Shown: one piece after another, positions 16,589 through 21,788 of the stretch | Numbering within the stretch: the first letter of the stretch is position 1 | How the letters are laid out: each line of letters opens with the position of its first letter | DNA from: Promethearchaeota archaeon | GTDB lineage: Archaea; Asgardarchaeota; Lokiarchaeia; Sigyniarchaeales; SOKP01 | DNA: 21,788 nucleotides | Direction of reading: 5' to 3' | Assembly: GCA_048941015.1 (NCBI GenBank) | Contig: JBHLNZ010000047.1 | Location: 1-21,788, forward strand | Program-made: the position numbers and the translations under genes | Notes under the pieces: model-generated | What the model saw: only the letters and a program-made list of their open reading frames with translations | Databases searched by the model: none | What the model was told of the DNA's origin: nothing

Positions 16589-17917
16589 ATGGAAGGTGAA
16601 AAAAAGACACCCAAATTAAAGCGAAGGATTTCTTTATTTGGAATTACATTTTATGGCGTTGGGAATGTCCTAGGTGCTGGGATTTATGCTTTAATTGGTG
16701 AAGTTGTTGGAATTACTGGAAATATTTCATGGTTGGCATTTATTTTAGCTTCAATAACAGGAGCTTTAACGGGACTCTCTTATGCTGAACTTTCTGCTAT
16801 GTTTCCTAAAAGTGCTGCTGAGTTTGTTTATACTGAAGAAGCATTTAAAATTAGAATTGTATCCTTTATTTTAGGGTGGGTGATAATATTTTCAGGAATT
16901 TTTTCTGCTGCTACAGTTGCTTTAGGATTTGCTGATTACTTATCTGTTTTACTAGGAATACCTATAGTAATAATAAAAGTCATATTTGCGATTTCACTTA
17001 TTATAATCTTGAGTATTATTAACTTCATTGGTATCAGAACTTCAACGTGGACTAATATTTTATTTACCCTAATTGAAGCCTCTGGTTTAATATTTATAAT
17101 AATTATAGGTGTACCTTATTTAGGTAGTGTAAATTATTTTGAATTACCAGCAGCATCCTCAATAAACACTCTATTTTCAGCAGTTGCATTAATCTTTTTT
17201 GCATATATTGGATTCGAGGATATTGCAAATATAGCAGAAGAAGCTAAGGAACCCCATCGAAACGTTCCAAGGGCAATAATTTATTCAATTATTATTACAA
17301 CAATCCTATATTGTTTAACAGCACTTTCAGTAGTAGGTATTGCTAATTATACTGATATTGCTAATTCAGATGCTCCACTAAATTATGTTGTTTCATTAGT
17401 TTTAGGACCAGTAGGGGGCCTTATTATGACCTTGATAGCACTTTTTGCAACAGCAAACACAGTATTAATTATGTTGATTGTTACTTCAAGAATGATGTAT
17501 GGAATGGCAAGGGATAAGGCATTACCAGAAAGTTTGGCAAAAATTTCACCGACACACAGGATACCAACATTATCAGTCTTTTTAACAATGATTCTTACTA
17601 TTATTCCTGTATTTTTTGTAGATATTTCTATTGTAGCAAATGCTACTGTTTTTGGTGTTCTTATTAATTTTTTCCTGGTTAATATCAGTTTAATTGCCTT
17701 AAGAAGAAGAAAACCAGAAATAGAAAGACCTTTTAAATTAGCGCCAAGTATAGGATGGATTCCAATGATTGCTTTACTTGGTGCTCTTGTCTGCTTTGGA
17801 TTACTTTTTACATTTGATTGGTATATTATAATAATACAAGTTATTATTATAATAATCGGAATTATTGTTTTTTATGCTATGAAATCTAAAATAGAGACAA
17901 AAGCAACTAGATCCTAA
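16589..17917 (+). CDS. APC family amino acid permease
   Basis: GNVLGAGIY (TM1), SYAELSAMFPKS, FFAYIGFE (TM6), AEEAKEP, SRMMYGMARDKALP. About 12 TM helices. Confidence 0.93.
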   Translation: MEGEKKTPKLKRRISLFGITFYGVGNVLGAGIYALIGEVVGITGNISWLAFILASITGALTGLSYAELSAMFPKSAAEFVYTEEAFKIRIVSFILGWVIIFSGIFSAATVALGFADYLSVLLGIPIVIIKVIFAISLIIILSIINFIGIRTSTWTNILFTLIEASGLIFIIIIGVPYLGSVNYFELPAASSINTLFSAVALIFFAYIGFEDIANIAEEAKEPHRNVPRAIIYSIIITTILYCLTALSVVGIANYTDIANSDAPLNYVVSLVLGPVGGLIMTLIALFATANTVLIMLIVTSRMMYGMARDKALPESLAKISPTHRIPTLSVFLTMILTIIPVFFVDISIVANATVFGVLINFFLVNISLIALRRRKPEIERPFKLAPSIGWIPMIALLGALVCFGLLFTFDWYIIIIQVIIIIIGIIVFYAMKSKIETKATRS

Positions 17918-17969
17918 AAAAGGTAAAAAAAAATATATTTAACCGAATTTTTCTTCCCATTTTTTTTTT

Positions 17970-18089
17970 TTAAAACACTGGATCATCTTTCATTTTGCAT
18001 TTTCGATGAATTTGATCTTGCTTTTCCCATTCTTTTTCAAGTAAATCATCCAATTCATCATCTTCCCTTTCTTTTTCCTCTTTATTCAT
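17970..18089 (-). CDS. Small acidic protein, 39 aa (not in the ORF track)
   Basis: MNKEEKEREDDELDDLLEKEWEKQDQIHRKCKMKDDPVF. Preceded by TAA-GGTGA-TTAAT-ATG, an archaeal-type SD directly after the upstream stop codon. Confidence 0.65.
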   Translation of the reverse strand: MNKEEKEREDDELDDLLEKEWEKQDQIHRKCKMKDDPVF

Positions 18090-18099
18090 ATTAATCACC

Positions 18100-19239
18100 T
18101 TAATTTTTTTTATCAAGTGCTTCTAATAAATAATCTGTTACATATCTACAAGGTCTTTCTGACTGAGTTTTATAGTTTACATATCTATAGTTAAATACAC
18201 ATAAAGGGCATGATGTTATAATTTCTTTAGATTTTAATTCTTGAAATATTTTTGAACCAATCTTAATTGAAATACTACTATCCACACCTCTTATACCTGA
18301 ACCTGCCCCACAACAAGGTGTAAAATCACGATTATCGTTTAGTTCTTCAACTTTAGTACTAATCTTTTTCAATAATTTCCGTGGTTCATCATATATTTTA
18401 AGATTTTTTAACTTTCTTCCCATACGACAAGGATCATGATATGCTATTTTATTATTTAATTTAATAAATTGAAGTTTATCTTCCTTTGTAAGATCATCAA
18501 TAATTTGGATAACGTGCTTAACATCTATATCCCATCCAGAAATATATTTTGGATAAACTTTATTGAAAGCGTATAAACATCCAGCACAGGTGACTATAAT
18601 ATTTTTTATACCTATATTCTTAAATAATTTGTAATTGTCTTCGAAGATCCGTCTTGCAAGGTCTAAATCTCCAGCAGAATAAACATACTCGCCACAACAC
18701 GGTTCTTTCTCTAATATCTTAAAGTCATAATTTCCTGCTTTTAATAATTCATAAGATGCACTTGCACTCTCTTTAACTCTAAAAGAAGACATGCAACCTA
18801 AAAATAATAAAGTATCAGAATTGGCTTCTTCATATAACTCTTTTTTTCGAAAATCATCAGGGATCCAATCTAACCTCTCTTCCGGATTACCATTTACACT
18901 ATTATCTCTTTCAACTATTCCTTTTATAATTTTGTTATGAATTTCTAAAGGAGCTTTATTTTGGCTAACTAACTTGATTTTAGATGAATGTATTACCTCG
19001 GAGATGGGGATACTTTCCGTACAAAATCCATCACAGATACTACATAAAGTACAAGTATATAATCCTATAATTTCTTCTTCCGTGATAGGCTCATTAATAA
19101 AAACTTTTTTAGCAACTTTTAACCTTCCATTTGGTGATTTTAATTCATCATTTGTCACTAAAAAGGTATCGCAATAATCCATACACGTTTTACAATCAAC
19201 ACAAGATTCTATTTCATTTAATATCTCACTATCATTCAC
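18100..19239 (-). CDS. (Fe-S)-binding oxidoreductase, HdrD/GlpC-like (4Fe-4S dicluster + two CCG domains)
   Basis: CVDCKTCMDYC and CTLCSICDGFC, then FLGC, EPCCG, TCAGC, YHDPC, PCCGAG and SCPLC. Confidence 0.9.
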   Translation of the reverse strand: MNDSEILNEIESCVDCKTCMDYCDTFLVTNDELKSPNGRLKVAKKVFINEPITEEEIIGLYTCTLCSICDGFCTESIPISEVIHSSKIKLVSQNKAPLEIHNKIIKGIVERDNSVNGNPEERLDWIPDDFRKKELYEEANSDTLLFLGCMSSFRVKESASASYELLKAGNYDFKILEKEPCCGEYVYSAGDLDLARRIFEDNYKLFKNIGIKNIIVTCAGCLYAFNKVYPKYISGWDIDVKHVIQIIDDLTKEDKLQFIKLNNKIAYHDPCRMGRKLKNLKIYDEPRKLLKKISTKVEELNDNRDFTPCCGAGSGIRGVDSSISIKIGSKIFQELKSKEIITSCPLCVFNYRYVNYKTQSERPCRYVTDYLLEALDKKN

Positions 19240-20003
19240 ACAATATCATCTAAAGAAACATTATATAGCTTATCTATGCTACTATACCCTACTATTTCAT
19301 CTCTTAAATAAATCTTGAATGGTAATATTAATTCCTTATAGGGTTTTAGAATATTTAGTAAAGTAATGTGTTCAGGTTTTTGAAACTTGTCTTCATTTTC
19401 TTCACCAACTCCTTCAGAATATTGATATTGTTGTAAAACAAAATCACCTCTAAAATGATTATTCTTAAGAAAAGACAATATTTTATGGATGTCTTTTGCT
19501 TTCATGAGATTTTCTACATAAGTGGTTCTGATCTCAAATTCGATTTGTTTTTGTTGATTTACGATATTATAAGTCTCTAAAATTCTCTCTGGATTTATAT
19601 CGATTCCAGTAATTTCTTTTAATTTATTTTTTTTTAAAGGACCTTTTAAATCTAAAGCTATTCTATCAATAAAAGGTAATATTTTTTTAATAATCTCTGG
19701 ATTAGTTCCGTTGGTATCTATATTAATAAATTTCCCTAATTTTTTAATCTCCTTACATAATGTTAATAAATCATTTTGTAGAGTAGGTTCTCCCCCAGAT
19801 ATACTTACTCCACTTACTAGCATATTACTCTTTATTTGATCAATTAATTCATCAATTTCCCAATTTCGCCCCACTTCTTTATTAAGTAGAAATTTATTGT
19901 GACAAAATCCACATTTTAAATTACATCCAACTGTAAAGATAACCATAGAAGACTTGTTAGGAATATCTTTTGTTGATATATCTATAATTCCTCCTACTCT
20001 CAA
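19236..20003 (-). CDS. Radical SAM glycyl-radical activase (anaerobic ribonucleotide reductase activating protein-like)
   Basis: IFTVGCNLKCGFCHN (CxxxCxxC), SGGEPTLQ, IDTNG, IALDLK and EIRTT. Overlaps the next gene by 4 bp (ATGA). Confidence 0.88.
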   Translation of the reverse strand: MRVGGIIDISTKDIPNKSSMVIFTVGCNLKCGFCHNKFLLNKEVGRNWEIDELIDQIKSNMLVSGVSISGGEPTLQNDLLTLCKEIKKLGKFINIDTNGTNPEIIKKILPFIDRIALDLKGPLKKNKLKEITGIDINPERILETYNIVNQQKQIEFEIRTTYVENLMKAKDIHKILSFLKNNHFRGDFVLQQYQYSEGVGEENEDKFQKPEHITLLNILKPYKELILPFKIYLRDEIVGYSSIDKLYNVSLDDIV

Positions 20004-20012
20004 AGAATCAAC

Positions 20013-20909
20013 TCAATATTCTTTTTTAATTAAATCTTCAACTTCATATAATGTTAATGAAAAGGGACCTATGGATTCCATTTTGAGAGAAGTTAACGCT
20101 GCTGCAAATTTTAAAGACTCTTCTGGGCTTTTCGTAATTCTTGAGCCTATATAACTAATTAACGCGGTATCTCCACGCCCAGTTCTTCCGATATTATTTC
20201 TATTTTTCCAAGGAAAAGAATAAATTTGCCTTTTAGCATTTATGGTAATACCTCTTTCGTGAGTTATAAGTATTTCTGAAGGTCCTAGTTCTATCAAGTC
20301 TTCAGATGCTTTATTAATATCTCTTTTACCTGTTAAAATTTCAGCTTCAGTTTGATCTACTTTTAATACTGTGACCTTAGAAATTATCTCAACTTTATCT
20401 TTATGGTTTAACTTACGATAAAAAACTTTTTTTTTATCTCTTATTCTTATGAAACTTTGGATATCTAAACATAACTTTTCTTTATATTTTTCAGAGAGAT
20501 GATTTAGTAGGGCAATATCTATCTCTCCTGCTGTAATTGGGCCAATTACAAAGTATTTAGTCTCAATATCAGGAATATCTTCCTTCCTGAATAAACCCGC
20601 AAAACCTAAAGGTTCATAATTTCTGAATTCAACATTTTTTGAAGAATATATATTCTTTAAACCAGATGTCTCTTCGGAAGGGTTAGCATAACAAGTGATT
20701 CCCTTTTTTCTGAAGATATCTAAAATAGGAAAATCTTCTTTTTTTAATCTTGTAATTATTGTAATTTTGAGACCCATATGAGAACCAGCAATTCCACCAT
20801 AGTATACTGATCCTCCCAGAGAGGGAGTACTAATTCCATCAACTTCAATTATATCCTTCGCAATATGGCCTAAAATAATGATATCCGATTTAATAAAATC
20901 TTTAACCAT
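20013..20909 (-). CDS. PfkB/ribokinase family carbohydrate kinase
   Basis: GHIAKD, LGGSVYYG, LDIQ, LKVDQTEA, and the C-terminal anion-hole motif GRTGRGDT. Confidence 0.88.
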   Translation of the reverse strand: MVKDFIKSDIIILGHIAKDIIEVDGISTPSLGGSVYYGGIAGSHMGLKITIITRLKKEDFPILDIFRKKGITCYANPSEETSGLKNIYSSKNVEFRNYEPLGFAGLFRKEDIPDIETKYFVIGPITAGEIDIALLNHLSEKYKEKLCLDIQSFIRIRDKKKVFYRKLNHKDKVEIISKVTVLKVDQTEAEILTGKRDINKASEDLIELGPSEILITHERGITINAKRQIYSFPWKNRNNIGRTGRGDTALISYIGSRITKSPEESLKFAAALTSLKMESIGPFSLTLYEVEDLIKKEY

Positions 20910-21044
20910 GTATATAATTTAAATAATACTAACGTTTAAGAAATTAACTAATTCTTTCAAAATATACTTTAACCATGTAATTTTTTAAAAGAAAATGATG
21001 ATATCTTTAAAAGGAAGGGAGAAATAAAATAATAGATAAAGAAT

Positions 21045-21245
21045 TTATTCATAAACTAATAATGAATTTACCTTCGAATTGCTTACAAAACGTGCAATAA
21101 TTTTTTCTTCAATTTTATCTAAACTCGCAGGTTTAAAACAGTTCCATTCATAAAGGTGCCTATCGTCTTTATAAACAACCCCACAATGAATATAATGATA
21201 AGATCCATAGGCATATTCTTTACCACAATTTGGACATTTTGGCAT
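21045..21245 (-). CDS. Small putative zinc-ribbon protein
   Basis: MPKCPNCGK followed by HYIHCG and a later Cys. Confidence 0.55.
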   Translation of the reverse strand: MPKCPNCGKEYAYGSYHYIHCGVVYKDDRHLYEWNCFKPASLDKIEEKIIARFVSNSKVNSLLVYE

Positions 21246-21629
21246 CTTTTTTTCTCATCAACTTAGTTTTGAATAATTTTTATACTTTTTTTTGTTTTGC
21301 TATATTTTTTTTAGTTCAGGTAGTTAATATAGTATAAGTATAATATAGTAAAATTGCTTTATAAACCTTCCCATCAATTTCCCCTTTCACCATAAAAGTT
21401 AAATAGTAATAGCGAATCGACAAAAAAAGAATTAAAAATAATGTGCTTTTGAACGAAATATAATCAAAACATGAAAAAACATGAAAATTATTCAGAATTT
21501 AATAATAGATTTTAATAAAACTGAAATTTCTTTAAAATTAGGCAAAAAAAACAATAAAGTTTAAAAGGGGATTCTACGTGAAAATCGCGATAATTTCTTA
21601 TAATAAAGAATAAAAATAAGATTTAAAAT

Positions 21630-21788
21630 TTATTTTTCTAAAGATTTAGAATTTCGACTTTCTGTAAGGACGTATCTATTTACTAGAGTTAGACTGAGAT
21701 TTCCAATTAGGGCTCCTAAAAATCCAAAAATTGCTCCTATTAGAAGAATTAATAATACAAATATCCAACCAGATCCTGATCCAAAAAG
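21630..21788 (-). CDS. C-terminal end of a membrane protein (truncated by the window edge)
   Basis: Open frame from the edge: LFGSGSGWIFVLLILLIGAIFGFLGALIGNLSLTLVNRYVLTESRNSKSLEK*. Confidence 0.7.
   Translation of the reverse strand, partial: LFGSGSGWIFVLLILLIGAIFGFLGALIGNLSLTLVNRYVLTESRNSKSLEK

Noticed and set aside
13237-20154. Short ORFs 13237-13437, 16045-16287, 18974-19177 and 19954-20154
   Set aside because: They are antisense to longer motif-bearing genes.
20013-20909. PfkB kinase as part of ADPR/ribose recycling for the TIR locus
   Set aside because: Nudix cleavage of ADPR already yields ribose-5-phosphate, and the gene is in a separate operon. No evidence links it to the TIR genes.
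21246-21629. RNA gene or small ORFs in the long AT-rich intergenic region
   Set aside because: There is no GC-rich structured segment or tRNA-like fold. The ORFs I traced are under 30 codons and have no support.
1-21788. Mobile element or provirus carrying the TIR cluster
   Set aside because: I found no integrase, transposase, terminal repeats or obvious compositional shift.

Overview
This AT-rich window is probably archaeal, and Asgard/Lokiarchaeia-like by inference (TATA/BRE-type promoters, a GGTGA ribosome-binding site, oligo-T tracts). The core (3100-16417) is a cluster of four TIR-domain genes with four different input modules: (i) 4TM-TIR-unknown domain, (ii) N-terminal hydrophobic helix + 8-blade beta-propeller + TM + TIR, (iii) signal/anchor + 14 LVIVD repeats + 9 acidic TSP3-like Ca-binding repeats + TM + TIR, and (iv) a soluble protein with 21 WD40 repeats + helical linker + TIR. 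All four keep a Glu at the position of the TIR NADase catalytic residue. Two have Toll-like-receptor topology (repeat ectodomain, TM, cytoplasmic TIR). Inside the cluster lies a gene for a CorA/RMD1-like 2-TM protein fused to an intact ADP-ribose-pyrophosphatase-type Nudix domain, next to a small 4-TM protein. The hypothesis is a receptor-TIR to ADP-ribose(-like) messenger to Nudix-membrane effector signalling or immune system. Flanking genes are metabolic: GH2 hydrolase, MFS transporter, OsmC, APC permease, CCG Fe-S oxidoreductase, radical SAM activase and PfkB kinase. All calls come from reading motifs by eye. No database searches were run.
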